64,000 nucleotides of DNA from Bacteroidota bacterium (GCA_002862745.1 PKDX01000002.1:12707-76706), one strand, 5' to 3'. Counted from the stretch's first letter, positions 18,841 to 29,887 are shown. The notes: a model not told the origin generated them from the sequence alone. Numbers and translations: made by a program.

Positions 18841-19890
18841 ATGGCACGATACCTCCTATTGTCCATTGTGGCTTTGCTAATGCATGCAAACCTATTAGCA
18901 CAAGACGCCCATTTTTCGCAATACTATACCTTTGCTCAAAACCTAAATCCCGCCCTCACAGCAAACTATGAAGGGTCATACAGGGTTGCGTTGATGCATA
19001 GAAATCAGTGGGCATCCTTTCTTGACAATAGCGGATTTATGACCACAGGTGCCGCATTAGACCTCAGTATTCTAGATGGACAATTAGGATCTGACAAATT
19101 AGGACTAGGATTAGTTATGCAGCATGACCGATTTGGCCAAGGAAGCCTAACCTCCATCCAAGGAGGCCTTTCTCTGGCATACCATAAAGCCATTGGACGG
19201 TTCAGTAAACATCGCATATCTATAGGAGCTCAAACAGCTTTTCAACAACGTAGACTCGATGAGTCAAGTCTTTTATTTTATGATCAATTTGACAACTACA
19301 GCCACGGAGCCTTCGGCCCAACCGATGAGGCAATTGTCCAAGGAAACTCAATGTTTTTTGACTTTGGCGCCGGTATCTATTGGAAGGCACGATTGAGTGA
19401 CAGACTTTTGATGCAAGCAGGGTTTAGCGCTTGGCATATTCATAAACCAACCGAGTTTTTTATCGCGGAAAGCCAAGATGCCTTTCTGCCTGCGCGTTAC
19501 CAAGCAGACCTTGGGGCGGAAATATTCCTCAACGATAAAATGAATCTTAGCATCCAGCCTGATGTCTTGGTAAACTTTCAAGGAGAGGCACAAGAGACCC
19601 TGATTGGGGCCTTTGTCGGTCATTATTTCAGCACTGGATTTCGCAATCGCTCAGGAATTCATGGTGGATTTAGAGCACGGCTCAACAGATTTGATCAAGT
19701 CGATGCATTAATAGCCATGCTCGCAGTAGAGTTTAGAAACTTTCGAATTGGTGGAGCTTACGATATCAATCTTTCAGGACTCAGCACAGTATCGCAAGGG
19801 AATGGAGGATTTGAGATATCTCTAGTATACATTGGTGAGGGAATCAGCAAATTCAAAGCTGATCGTAGTTTGCCAGCGCGTCGATTCTAA
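18841..19890 (+). CDS. PorP/SprF-family T9SS beta-barrel (copy 2)
   Basis: QDAHFSQYYTFAQNLNPALTA, HRNQW, IGGAYDINLSGL, GGFEISL. Confidence 0.88.
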   Translation: MARYLLLSIVALLMHANLLAQDAHFSQYYTFAQNLNPALTANYEGSYRVALMHRNQWASFLDNSGFMTTGAALDLSILDGQLGSDKLGLGLVMQHDRFGQGSLTSIQGGLSLAYHKAIGRFSKHRISIGAQTAFQQRRLDESSLLFYDQFDNYSHGAFGPTDEAIVQGNSMFFDFGAGIYWKARLSDRLLMQAGFSAWHIHKPTEFFIAESQDAFLPARYQADLGAEIFLNDKMNLSIQPDVLVNFQGEAQETLIGAFVGHYFSTGFRNRSGIHGGFRARLNRFDQVDALIAMLAVEFRNFRIGGAYDINLSGLSTVSQGNGGFEISLVYIGEGISKFKADRSLPARRF

Positions 19891-19901
19891 AATCCAGCTT
19901 C

Positions 19902-22196
19902 ATGAAATCATTCCAATTCAATCAGATTGCGTGGATCATACTTCTGATCACGTCTAGTCTTTCCGTAGAGGCTCAAAGCGACATCGATGTATCAAGCTCA
20001 TCAAATCCAAAGCGTGATTTACGATTGGGGAACACCCTCCTGAATCAAGGATATTACTATGATGCTGCAGATTATTTCCTCTTTGCACTTAGCAACCTTG
20101 AAAAGGAATCCATGAATTACCGGAAGGCTTGCTATGGCATGGGTATGGCCTCCTTAGCGTCAAGAAACTACTCACAGGCATACACTTATCTGAAGGAGGT
20201 AGCCCTCTATACACCGGTAACACCAAAAGAACAGAAGCAATGGAGTCGGCTTCAAACCAACTTGTTTCCTTTGATACATTACCACTATGGGGTCGCCGCT
20301 AAACAAGCGATGCAATATGATGAGGCAACCAATGCCTTCAATCTTTTCATCGAATCCTATGATGGAAAGGATGTAGAATCCATGAAATCTGCCGCTCAGG
20401 TTGAACTTGAGGGAATAGGCCTAGCCCTGCTAAAGATTGCACCTGCCAGTCTAAGTATTAAACCAGTTCAAGGAGTTAATGGAATCTATAATGAAATGGG
20501 GCTTGCCGCATGGGAAGATGAATTGTACTTCACCTCCATAGCAACGCAAAGTCCTCTTGAGATTGATCAAGGACAATACTCCCTCTATGTTCAGAATGAA
20601 GGGGAAAATATTTTAGTCAATGGCTTAATCACAGACCCCAGTCGGTCAATAGGTAGTGTAGCCATTAGTGATGATGGATCCGTAATGGTTTTTTCCGAAT
20701 GCTTGAGTGAAGTCCGAGATAATACATCTCAATGCCATCTTCGTCTAGCGACAAGAGATGACTCCACTTGGGTAACTAAGCCAGCCTTTAGCGAAGCGGT
20801 AAATCATGAAAACTTTACCTCCACCCATCCAACCATCCGGCAAGAAGACAATTACTATGTAGTATACTTTGCCTCAAATAAGGATCTAGGAAAAGGAGGA
20901 TTGGATTTGTATGAGTGTATACTTACCGATAACGGAGGCGTAAAAGGTCCGAATGCCTTGCACTCAGTGAATACTGCAATGGATGACATCTCGCCCTTTT
21001 ATGATCAGTTTACCAAGAGACTCTACTTTTCCTCGAATGGATACCCAAGCCTAGGAGGATTTGATATCTTTTACACCGCCCAGGATTCCTTATCGCAGTG
21101 GAGGACACCACAAAATTTGATGAGGCCATTAAACAGCCAGGCCGATGATGTCTTTTTTAGAAAAGCACAAGGAGAAAGTTTGTTGGATGAATCGGAACGT
21201 GGCTACCTCATCAGCAATAGAGAAGGGACAACGTTTTTCAAACACAGCACATCGAATGATGATATATTCGTTTTTGATGTATTTACTTTTGATTTTGAAG
21301 GCTTTGTTTCAGAGAATCGGAAGGATGGAAGTTTTCCATTGGAACAGAGCACGGTTGTTATAGCGACCCTCGATTCATTAGATGAGATGATCAACTATGA
21401 TACACTCATCATGGATGAAAGCATTGAGTTTACCACCGCATTGCGAGCTGGACGCAAGTATAAAATTACGTTAGAGCAAGAAGGTTTTAGCAAGGATGAA
21501 GTAGAGATTAATACTGCAGGGCTAACGGAAAATGCTGTAGTCCAGCACAACTTCGCATTGAATCGAGTAAATGCTGAAATTGTTGGGATCGCCCGCGATG
21601 CCAGCACAAAAGGCCCCTTGTCTAAAACCGTGGTTAAGCTGATTGATGCGAGTAGCGGAGCGACCTTGTCTTTGCAGCAAACGAGTGAAAATGGTTCATT
21701 CAGTTTTGATGTAAATACGGCAAAGGAATATCGACTAGAGTTTGCCCGTGCATCTTATTTTATGCATAAAATCTCCACCTATGTCGATAGTGATAGCCTT
21801 AGTCAAGGAAAACTATTGATCAATGCCGATTTGAATGCCATTCAAAAAGATCAGGCATATGCCATCGATGATGTCTTGTTTGCTACAGGAAAAGCGGATT
21901 TAAGTGCCCGATCAAAAGAAATTCTTGATGAATTGATTGTAACGATGCAAGAAAATCCTACCCTCATCATCGAAATGGGTTCACATACCGATGATGTAGG
22001 AGGCGATGCCATGAATCTAACCCTATCTCAAAAAAGAGCTGAAGCCTGTGTCAACTACATGGTCGAAGGAGGAATTCGTGCTGACCGACTTATTGCTCGA
22101 GGTTATGGCGAGGCTGTTCCTATCGCTGACAACAACTCTGAAGAAGGCCGTTCTAAAAACCGAAGAACAGAATTTAAAGTGATTGGAGGGCTATAG
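19902..22196 (+). CDS. PorE-like OmpA-family protein (TPR, PD40 propeller, beta-sandwich domains, OmpA-C) with a non-lipoprotein signal
   Basis: FASNKDLGKGGLDLY and FSSNGYPSLGGFDIF PD40 repeats; IEMGSHTDDVG...NRRTEF OmpA domain; no Cys in the signal region. Confidence 0.85.
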   Translation: MKSFQFNQIAWIILLITSSLSVEAQSDIDVSSSSNPKRDLRLGNTLLNQGYYYDAADYFLFALSNLEKESMNYRKACYGMGMASLASRNYSQAYTYLKEVALYTPVTPKEQKQWSRLQTNLFPLIHYHYGVAAKQAMQYDEATNAFNLFIESYDGKDVESMKSAAQVELEGIGLALLKIAPASLSIKPVQGVNGIYNEMGLAAWEDELYFTSIATQSPLEIDQGQYSLYVQNEGENILVNGLITDPSRSIGSVAISDDGSVMVFSECLSEVRDNTSQCHLRLATRDDSTWVTKPAFSEAVNHENFTSTHPTIRQEDNYYVVYFASNKDLGKGGLDLYECILTDNGGVKGPNALHSVNTAMDDISPFYDQFTKRLYFSSNGYPSLGGFDIFYTAQDSLSQWRTPQNLMRPLNSQADDVFFRKAQGESLLDESERGYLISNREGTTFFKHSTSNDDIFVFDVFTFDFEGFVSENRKDGSFPLEQSTVVIATLDSLDEMINYDTLIMDESIEFTTALRAGRKYKITLEQEGFSKDEVEINTAGLTENAVVQHNFALNRVNAEIVGIARDASTKGPLSKTVVKLIDASSGATLSLQQTSENGSFSFDVNTAKEYRLEFARASYFMHKISTYVDSDSLSQGKLLINADLNAIQKDQAYAIDDVLFATGKADLSARSKEILDELIVTMQENPTLIIEMGSHTDDVGGDAMNLTLSQKRAEACVNYMVEGGIRADRLIARGYGEAVPIADNNSEEGRSKNRRTEFKVIGGL

Positions 22197-22261
22197 TAAC
22201 TGCTCATCGAATAACACTTGAGAACATTCATCCGATTGAAAAGGTTAATTGTATGAAATAG

Positions 22262-22269
22262 TACATTTG
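22262..22269 (+). promoter_or_regulatory. -7 promoter element TACATTTG for the TonB-type receptor
   Basis: Exact TAnnTTTG match 16 nt before the ATG. Confidence 0.65.
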
Positions 22270-22285
22270 CCTCAAAATCAACGGA

Positions 22286-24760
22286 ATGAAACGCCTCTTA
22301 CTTCTTTGTCCTATACTTTCATTCAGCGTGTTAACTGCACAGCCACCATCAGGAATGTACGGCGGTGGTGGAGATCGACCTGCATGGGTTATCATAGGAG
22401 AAATTGCTGATGAGGCCAATGAAGTACTACCTTATGTTAATGTCGAGTTAATCAAGTTAAGTGACAGCTCCGTTTTAGCCAGTACCACAACCGATGGTGA
22501 TGGCAAGTTTTTTCTACCCGCAGAAGAGGTTGCTCCTTCTTTTGTTAAGGCAACCTACCTCAGCTTTTCACCCCTCATCATTGAGGAGTTAAATATGAAT
22601 AGCCCATTTGTTAATCTTGGACAACTCACCATGAAGGCTAACAATGACTTACTTGATGAAGTTGTCGTTGAGGGAGAACGTTCAACCTTTGAGTTACGAG
22701 CTGACATGCGTGTGTTTAACGTGGGTAACGATCTTGCAAATACAGGAATGGATGCCTTACAAGTTTTAGAAAATGTTCCTTCTTTAATGATTGATCAAGA
22801 TGGCAATGTAGAACTTCGTGGAAGTGCTAATGTGCGCATTCTAATTGACGGAAAACCTTCCAGCTTACTTGCCAGCGGAACTGATGGTCTACGTCAGATT
22901 CCAGCAAACCTTCTAGAAAAGGTAGAGATCATAACCAATCCATCTGCTCGTTACGATGCAGAAGGCGAAGCTGGTATTATCAATATCGTGCTCAAGGAAG
23001 AAAAAGAACTAGGGCTCAATGGCTCAGTAAAACTGCAGACAGGCTACCCAAACAATCATGGCTTTACAGGAGTACTGAACTGGAATCCTGGCAAGTTTAA
23101 CTTCTTTTCCAGCTATGGATTTATGTATAGAAAAATGCCTGGAGAAAGAGAGTTCCGCCAAACCTATACGGCGAGTGATGCATTGGATACAAGCTATAGT
23201 TACCTCACCCAAGGAGAACACTTTCGTGGAGGACTAAGACACACGGCACGCCTCGGCGTTGAGTTTAAACCCACTGACAAAACAACCTTCGAAGTGAGCG
23301 GGGTACTAGGTCTCAGAGACAACAGCAATGGAAACACCATCGTCTACACTGACTTTAATGACGCGAATGCTCAAATTGCCCAAAGTACTCGAACAGAAGA
23401 TGAAAGTGAAGAAGCACTCAACTGGGATCTTAATGCAAGTTTCGAGCAACAATTTGGAGACAACAAGGACCATAAATTAAGTATTGAGGGTCGTTACTCG
23501 GACTCAAAAGATGAAGAAGCAGGAGTTTTTACCCAGCTATATGATACAACAATATCCACCTCCTTTACCAATCTCTACCAGATTAACACCAATACGGAAA
23601 ACCAGGTGGATTGGTTAGCCCAAGCAGATTATACACTACCAACAGGCTCAACGGGCAAGATTGAACTCGGAGGAAAAGCGACGGTACGCATTTTAGAAAA
23701 CAGCTATGACGTCCAGGAAAGCCCATCTGAAAATGGGGCTTACACTTCAATTCCTGATTTAAAAAACACCTTTGGGTATGACGAAGGGGTCTATGCGGCA
23801 TACATCCAAACGAATCAGACCTATGGGAAGTTTAGTTTCAATGTAGGGCTACGAGGAGAGGAAACCGTAATCAAAGCGAGTCTTCTCAATACAGATATAT
23901 TTAGTTCAGACACTAATTTCGATCGACGATATTTCCAACTTTTCCCAAGTGCCAGCCTTTCCTATGCATTGTCGGACAAGCATAATATACAGCTGAGTTA
24001 CAGTCGGCGTCTCCGTCGACCTTGGTTCCGCTACCTCCTCCCCTTCTCATCCTATGCTGATGCGCGAAACTTTTGGAGAGGGAATCCTGACCTGAATCCG
24101 GCGTACACCAATTCAACGGAGTTGACTTACCTCTACCGAACGATGAAGACCACACTCATGGTGAGCACCTACTACCGCTACCGAACCGGTGTTATTCAGC
24201 GTATTCTTGTTGGAGGGGATGATGGAATCACTGAGAGTATACCTGTCAATCTCGCTACTGAAAATGACTGGGGGCTTGAATCCAACATCAACCTTAACTT
24301 CTCAAGAGCTTTTCGCGTAAATATGGGAGGGACCTTCTTCTACTCCAACCGACAAGGAAGCTATGAAAATCAAGATCTGTCCGCTGAGACCTTTGGATTC
24401 AGAGGACGCGTTTCGCTTAATCTTACGCTCTGGAAGAAACTCAAAATTCAATCGGGTATCAATTATAGTTCACCCATGCAAACTCCGCAAGGCAGAAGCC
24501 TAGCCTTCTCTATGTGGCAAGCAGGTATGTCAATCGATGTGTTTAAGAAAAATGCCACATTAGCGTTAAATGTCAATGACATATTGAATACAGGACGCTG
24601 GCGTTGGCAAGTTGAGACCCCAACCCTTTCAACCAATGGCATGTTCCAATGGCGTCAACGTAATGCCACCATGACCTTTACCTATCGCTTTAACCAACAA
24701 GATGATCGTAGATATTCAGGACGTCCTGGAGGTGGTATGGATATGGATATGGAGTTTTAA
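22286..24760 (+). CDS. TonB-dependent receptor / outer-membrane beta-barrel (OMP_b-brl_3 type)
   Basis: N-terminal carboxypeptidase-regulatory-like domain, plug (LENVPSLMIDQDGNVELRGS..ILIDGKPS; VEIITNPSARYDAEG), barrel (GNPDLNPAYT, TFTYRF). Confidence 0.9.
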   Translation: MKRLLLLCPILSFSVLTAQPPSGMYGGGGDRPAWVIIGEIADEANEVLPYVNVELIKLSDSSVLASTTTDGDGKFFLPAEEVAPSFVKATYLSFSPLIIEELNMNSPFVNLGQLTMKANNDLLDEVVVEGERSTFELRADMRVFNVGNDLANTGMDALQVLENVPSLMIDQDGNVELRGSANVRILIDGKPSSLLASGTDGLRQIPANLLEKVEIITNPSARYDAEGEAGIINIVLKEEKELGLNGSVKLQTGYPNNHGFTGVLNWNPGKFNFFSSYGFMYRKMPGEREFRQTYTASDALDTSYSYLTQGEHFRGGLRHTARLGVEFKPTDKTTFEVSGVLGLRDNSNGNTIVYTDFNDANAQIAQSTRTEDESEEALNWDLNASFEQQFGDNKDHKLSIEGRYSDSKDEEAGVFTQLYDTTISTSFTNLYQINTNTENQVDWLAQADYTLPTGSTGKIELGGKATVRILENSYDVQESPSENGAYTSIPDLKNTFGYDEGVYAAYIQTNQTYGKFSFNVGLRGEETVIKASLLNTDIFSSDTNFDRRYFQLFPSASLSYALSDKHNIQLSYSRRLRRPWFRYLLPFSSYADARNFWRGNPDLNPAYTNSTELTYLYRTMKTTLMVSTYYRYRTGVIQRILVGGDDGITESIPVNLATENDWGLESNINLNFSRAFRVNMGGTFFYSNRQGSYENQDLSAETFGFRGRVSLNLTLWKKLKIQSGINYSSPMQTPQGRSLAFSMWQAGMSIDVFKKNATLALNVNDILNTGRWRWQVETPTLSTNGMFQWRQRNATMTFTYRFNQQDDRRYSGRPGGGMDMDMEF

Positions 24761-24770
24761 CTGCTAATGA

Positions 24771-25400
24771 TTAAGCAGTCATTAGACCTTCGTCAGTGAT
24801 TTGAAGGGTTGTCTTGATAGGTGCGACCTCTCTTTTGTCATTGCTTGCAATCAAGAGAAGCCGATCGTTAAACAAGGACTCTTGGCCATACAAAACCGAT
24901 TCTATCCATTGTTTTCCCTCTTCATCTAAATTGGACATGGGCTCATCCAAAGCCACGAGCTTTGATCTGCTGTAACAGGCCTGCGCCAACTTGACCCGTT
25001 GAAGCATCCCCGTGCTAAACTTGGCCAGGTGGATATCCGTAGGAAGGGAAAGCCCGTCGAGTATCGCATCTAATGGCACAAGAAATGGTTTAAAGGTTTG
25101 ATGCATATGCATAAACTCTTTGAGGGTTAAATGCATGGGTAGCTCCATGGAGGGGCTAGCGTATGAAATATGCTGGCTGATATCCATTCGATCAATCTCC
25201 TTTTGGTCTATCGACCAGGTAATGCTGCCTAATGTAGGTTCAATATAGCCTATAAGCAATTGAAGCAAGGTGGACTTTCCTGATCCATTGCGTCCCTTAA
25301 CAGCCCACATTGGCGAACCTTCTAAGGAAAAACTCGCTTTGTTATACAGCCAGCGTTGTTGACGTTGAATATCAATTTCCTGCGCCTTAACCTGAATCAT
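24771..25400 (-). CDS. Orphan ABC ATPase (CcmA-like size) at the end of the lipid A operon
   Basis: GRNGSGKST, FSTGMLQRVKL, ALDEPMSNLD; the H-loop reads IASND. Confidence 0.85.
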   Translation of the reverse strand: MIQVKAQEIDIQRQQRWLYNKASFSLEGSPMWAVKGRNGSGKSTLLQLLIGYIEPTLGSITWSIDQKEIDRMDISQHISYASPSMELPMHLTLKEFMHMHQTFKPFLVPLDAILDGLSLPTDIHLAKFSTGMLQRVKLAQACYSRSKLVALDEPMSNLDEEGKQWIESVLYGQESLFNDRLLLIASNDKREVAPIKTTLQITDEGLMTA

Positions 25401-26191
25401 CGATTGCGTTCTAAGTGGCTAAATCCTTTGACAACCCCTCGCACAGAATCACGAACAAAAGTGGTTATAGCATCTTTAGCTTCACTATCAGGTATCTCTG
25501 TTTCGATTATCTTAAGGGCATTGGTAGTATTATATCCCCGCACGAAAAGTATACGATAGATATCGAGTACGTGGTTAATCAAATCCGATGACCAGCCACT
25601 GCGGCGCAGCCCCACCGAATTTACTCCTATATAACTCAATGGAGTTCGTCCACAACGGATGTATGGCGGGATGTCTTTGTTTACGAGGCTACCCCCAGAT
25701 ATAAAACAGTGGTCACCAACCTGAGTAAATTGTTGAATATTTACAGCTCCACCTAAGCGAACAAATTGACCAAGTTCTACGTGTCCTGCCAAATTCACGC
25801 TATTGGCAAGTATGCTATTGTCTCCAACTTGGCAATCATGTGCTACATGGACATAGGCCATAAGCAAGCAATTTTTACCTACAACGGTCTTATTGGCATA
25901 CTCCGTTCCCCGATTAATGGTCACACATTCTCGAATAATACAGTTATCACCGATTTCAACTCGAGTCTTTTCCCCTTTAAACTTTAAATCCTGCGGTACA
26001 GCAGATATAACTGCTCCAGGGAATATTTTACAGTTTTTACCAATATGTGCACCCTCCATAATCGTGACATGAGGACCAATCCAGGTCCCCTCCTCAATCA
26101 CAACATTCTTATCAATGGTCACAAAGGGTTCAACGACGACATTATCAGCAACCTGTGCTTCTGGGTGTATGTACGCTAAAGGCTGTCGCAT
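25397..26191 (-). CDS. lpxA: UDP-N-acetylglucosamine acyltransferase
   Basis: Hexapeptide repeats, PQDLKF, IRECVTINRGT, MAYVHVAHDC. Confidence 0.96.
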   Translation of the reverse strand: MRQPLAYIHPEAQVADNVVVEPFVTIDKNVVIEEGTWIGPHVTIMEGAHIGKNCKIFPGAVISAVPQDLKFKGEKTRVEIGDNCIIRECVTINRGTEYANKTVVGKNCLLMAYVHVAHDCQVGDNSILANSVNLAGHVELGQFVRLGGAVNIQQFTQVGDHCFISGGSLVNKDIPPYIRCGRTPLSYIGVNSVGLRRSGWSSDLINHVLDIYRILFVRGYNTTNALKIIETEIPDSEAKDAITTFVRDSVRGVVKGFSHLERNR

Positions 26192-27582
26192 TACTCACGC
26201 TTTTGAATTTTCGCCATAAGCTCTGCTTCAACAACAAGCTTTGACCCAACAAATCCTAAACCGCGCATCTCCACAAGCCCCCTTCGAATGGGTGACATCA
26301 GAATACACTGAATAATAAGCGTATCACCTGGAACAACCATGGCCTTAAAGCGCGCCTTTTGAATTTTTAGGAAATAGGTATCATAATCGCCATCGTCCTC
26401 GACTTGAGATAGAGCAAAGATTCCACCGACTTGCGCCATAGCCTCAATTTGAAGCACTCCAGGCATCACAGGGTTGTTAGGGAAATGACCTCGGAAGTAA
26501 TACTCATTAAAGGTTACGCTCTTAACCCCAACGACTTCCTTCTTGTCCAAGTGAACAATCTTATCAACCAATAAAAAAGGATAGCGGTGAGGAAGTAGTT
26601 TTTGAATCGCAACTAAATCGTAGAGCGGCGGACTATCTTGACCGTAAGTAGGTGCTTGTGGAGCCGCTTTCCACGCCTTGATTTTGGCTTTAATCGATTT
26701 TGCAAAAGCCACGTTCGTGCTGTGTCCAGGACGACTTGCAATAAAGTTTCCTTTGATTGGCATTCCTGCTAGTGCCAAGTCTCCCACAAAATCAAGGAGT
26801 TTATGCCTTGCGCACTCATTGGGATAACGAAGCTCTACATTGTTGAGAATCCCTTGTTCAACCTCCACATCAGGCTTATTAAACAATGTGCGTAATCGAT
26901 TCAGTTCATCTACTTCCAACTTATGGTCGACCACCACGATGGCATTATTAAGATCCCCTCCTTTAATCAGGCCACGATCTAATAAGGATTCTAACTCATG
27001 AAGGAAGCAAAAAGTTCGAGCCTCAGAAAACGATTCGTTAAACTCCGATACATCTTCTAACGAAGCATGTTGCTGTCCTAAAATATTGCTTTGATAATCG
27101 ATTAAGACAGTTGACTTAAAGGTGGAATCCGGTAGTACCAATATCTCAGCATCCTTTTCCTCGTCGTAGAAGCGAATGGTTTCTCGCACTTCGTAATATT
27201 CTCTTTCCTCGCCTTGTTCTTCGATACCTACTTCAAGAATGGCGTCAACAAAAGGCTTCGAGCTTCCGTCAAGGATTGGAATCTCCTCTCCATTAATTTC
27301 TATCACGGCATTGTCCACCTGACAACCAAACAAAGCAGCCAGGACATGCTCTACTGTCGCCACTTTTACACCTTGTCGTTCTAATGTTGTACCCCGTTCG
27401 ACCGATGACACATAATCAACATCAGCCTTAATACGAACATCGCCTTCCAAATCAACCCGATGGAAAATAATCCCTGTATTGGGCTCACTTGGACAAATTC
27501 TAACCTTGACAGATTGTCCAGTATGTAGACCTATGCCTTCAAGTTCAGCGGGTTGTTTGAGCGTATGTTGAAACTCATTCAT
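26191..27582 (-). CDS. lpxC: Bifunctional LpxC/FabZ
   Basis: GIGLHTG, TVEHVLAAL, EIPILDGS, ARTF, RHKLLDFVGDL (LpxC) fused to LPHRYPFLLVD, GHFPNNPVMPGVLQIEAMAQ (FabZ). Confidence 0.96.
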   Translation of the reverse strand: MNEFQHTLKQPAELEGIGLHTGQSVKVRICPSEPNTGIIFHRVDLEGDVRIKADVDYVSSVERGTTLERQGVKVATVEHVLAALFGCQVDNAVIEINGEEIPILDGSSKPFVDAILEVGIEEQGEEREYYEVRETIRFYDEEKDAEILVLPDSTFKSTVLIDYQSNILGQQHASLEDVSEFNESFSEARTFCFLHELESLLDRGLIKGGDLNNAIVVVDHKLEVDELNRLRTLFNKPDVEVEQGILNNVELRYPNECARHKLLDFVGDLALAGMPIKGNFIASRPGHSTNVAFAKSIKAKIKAWKAAPQAPTYGQDSPPLYDLVAIQKLLPHRYPFLLVDKIVHLDKKEVVGVKSVTFNEYYFRGHFPNNPVMPGVLQIEAMAQVGGIFALSQVEDDGDYDTYFLKIQKARFKAMVVPGDTLIIQCILMSPIRRGLVEMRGLGFVGSKLVVEAELMAKIQKRE

Positions 27583-27590
27583 AATGTATT

Positions 27591-28586
27591 CTATTTGTTC
27601 GGTGATTGGGTTAATTTGCGCAAGGTAGCCATCATTTTGTAGTGCTCTCTAAACGGTCTAGCGGGAGATCCCGTAAGTCGTTGACCTTTTACATCAATTG
27701 ATTTGGATACACCACTCTGAGCATTGATATGTACTCCATCGGCAATGGTGATATGACCCACAATTCCGGCTTGTCCTCCTATAAGTACGGATTTCCCGAT
27801 GCGCGTACTTCCTGAAATACCCACTTGGGCTGCAATAGCGGAGTGTTTATCAATCTCAACGTTATGCGCTATATGTACAAGATTGTCGACCTTGACACCA
27901 TCTTTTAAAATGGAGTCACCAATACTTCCTCGATCGATGGTAGTATTTGCTCCAACTTCCACATCATTTCCTATAACCACATTCCCTATGTGTGGCATCT
28001 TCTGAAAGGAACCATCTTTTTGGGGGACAAATCCAAATCCATCGCTGCCAATAACTGCACCTGCATGTAGGCAACAACGCTCGCCAATGCGAGTATTCCT
28101 GTAGATTTTTACCCCACTATGAAGGACTGTGCCAGCGCCTACAACACTTCCTTCTCCAACAAAGCAATGAGGATAGATTTGAACATCAGGACCAATGACA
28201 GCTCCGGCATCCACATAGGCTAAGGCCGCAACGTAGGCTGTGGGATCAACTTGGGCTTTTTCGTGCACAAAGGATGATGGCTCAATACCTTGACGAAGCT
28301 GAAGTCCCTCAGACAGATTGCTCAAAATGGATTGAAGGGCTTGATAGGGATCAGCCACTTTAATGTAGGTTATATCCGTTCGATCAGGAAGGGGTAAATC
28401 CTTTTGAACTAGGACAACAGAAGCTTGTGTATTCTCAAGATACTGCTCATATTTTGGATTGGCCACAAAGCTTAATGCGCCCTCCGAGCTCTCTTGGATT
28501 CTTGAAAATTCTCGTACTTCGCGACGGTCATCTCCAACGATTTCACCACCTACCATCGTAGCAATGTCTGCTGCCGTATTTAACAT
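27591..28586 (-). CDS. lpxD: UDP-3-O-(3-hydroxyacyl)glucosamine N-acyltransferase
   Basis: [38 protein letters not shown]. Confidence 0.95.
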   Translation of the reverse strand: MLNTAADIATMVGGEIVGDDRREVREFSRIQESSEGALSFVANPKYEQYLENTQASVVLVQKDLPLPDRTDITYIKVADPYQALQSILSNLSEGLQLRQGIEPSSFVHEKAQVDPTAYVAALAYVDAGAVIGPDVQIYPHCFVGEGSVVGAGTVLHSGVKIYRNTRIGERCCLHAGAVIGSDGFGFVPQKDGSFQKMPHIGNVVIGNDVEVGANTTIDRGSIGDSILKDGVKVDNLVHIAHNVEIDKHSAIAAQVGISGSTRIGKSVLIGGQAGIVGHITIADGVHINAQSGVSKSIDVKGQRLTGSPARPFREHYKMMATLRKLTQSPNK

Positions 28587-28603
28587 ACTTGAAAAATAGG
28601 GAA

Positions 28604-29824
28604 TTATCCCAATTTAGGCGTACATAAATAGTACTTAGTCGTATTCTTTAGCCACGACTTTTCATCCCACTGCTCACTGGCCTCTGATATCTCACGGACC
28701 TTACCATTTTTAAACAGAATTTTTATGCGTGTTTGGTTTTTATCATATAGTGAATGACTCATAGCAAAGGTATATACGGCATGCTTAACCGCATCCTTAT
28801 GGGTATGCAACGCCTCTGCAACTTCTTGACGTTTTAAATCAAGATCAAAGCCCACGGCCTCATCAAATACCTCAATCTTAAACAACTTGCGATCAATCAA
28901 GCATCGGCAGAGATAAGAAAGGACGGCATCCTCATGGTTAATCCATTCTTTTACTGCGGAGAAGATGTCGTAGTCATCCAGCTTAGCAAAAGTATCTAGG
29001 ACGGAGTCATCACGGAGAAAACGATCAACATCTACTCGATTATCAAGGAAAAATTGCAACACAGGACTCGCGGTTAGCTTGCCCGTTTCTTTATGAAGTT
29101 CTAAGGCACGTTCCATAATTTTTACGAGCATACTTTCTGCACAAACCACCGTCTTGTGCAAGTAGACTTGCCAATACATAAAGCGTCGACTTTGAAGGAA
29201 TTTTTCAATGGAGTGAATGCCTTTAGCCTCTACCACAATATGATCATCTAGCACATCGATCATATCAATGATTCGCGCATGATTAACATTTCCCTCATTA
29301 ACCCCAGTAAAGAAGCTATCGCGCGATAGATAATCCAAGCGATCCATGTCCAACTGTGAGCTCACTAAGTCATGAAGGAATCTTCTTGGATAACGATCAT
29401 GAAAGATATCCAAGGCTAAGTCGAGTTTGCCATTAAATTGAGCATTAAGGCGCTCCATAAATAATATGGTAATACGTTCGTGATTGACCTCAGGAATCAA
29501 ACATTTTTCCAACGTATGGGAAAAAGGGCCATGCCCCATATCATGAAGCAGGATGGCAATAAGCGCTGCCTCTTCTTCTTGCTTGGAAATCTCGTGCCCT
29601 TTGCGGCGTAAAGTCCATAGGGCCTGTCGCATAATATGATAGGCTCCAATAGCATGGTGAAAACGCGTATGATTCGCACCTGGGTAAACATAATCCGTGA
29701 GTCCGAGCTGTTTGATTCTTCGCAGGCGTTGAAACCAAGGATGCTCAATCAATTTAAAAATCAAGGCACTCTCAATACTTATAAAGCCGTGAATAGGGTC
29801 GTTAAATACCTTGAATCGATTCAA
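28604..29824 (-). CDS. HD-domain phosphohydrolase (dNTP triphosphohydrolase/SAMHD1-like)
   Basis: [48 protein letters not shown]; probable TTG start at 29824. Confidence 0.9.
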   Translation of the reverse strand: MNRFKVFNDPIHGFISIESALIFKLIEHPWFQRLRRIKQLGLTDYVYPGANHTRFHHAIGAYHIMRQALWTLRRKGHEISKQEEEAALIAILLHDMGHGPFSHTLEKCLIPEVNHERITILFMERLNAQFNGKLDLALDIFHDRYPRRFLHDLVSSQLDMDRLDYLSRDSFFTGVNEGNVNHARIIDMIDVLDDHIVVEAKGIHSIEKFLQSRRFMYWQVYLHKTVVCAESMLVKIMERALELHKETGKLTASPVLQFFLDNRVDVDRFLRDDSVLDTFAKLDDYDIFSAVKEWINHEDAVLSYLCRCLIDRKLFKIEVFDEAVGFDLDLKRQEVAEALHTHKDAVKHAVYTFAMSHSLYDKNQTRIKILFKNGKVREISEASEQWDEKSWLKNTTKYYLCTPKLG

Positions 29825-29887
29825 ATCATTCCATTTTCTAACATTAAAGGTATTGCCTTTTCCATGTATATTTAAACAAAAGCTGCT

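Noticed and set aside
26191-27582. LpxC-FabZ fusion as a novelty
   Set aside because: It is a well-known feature of Bacteroidota
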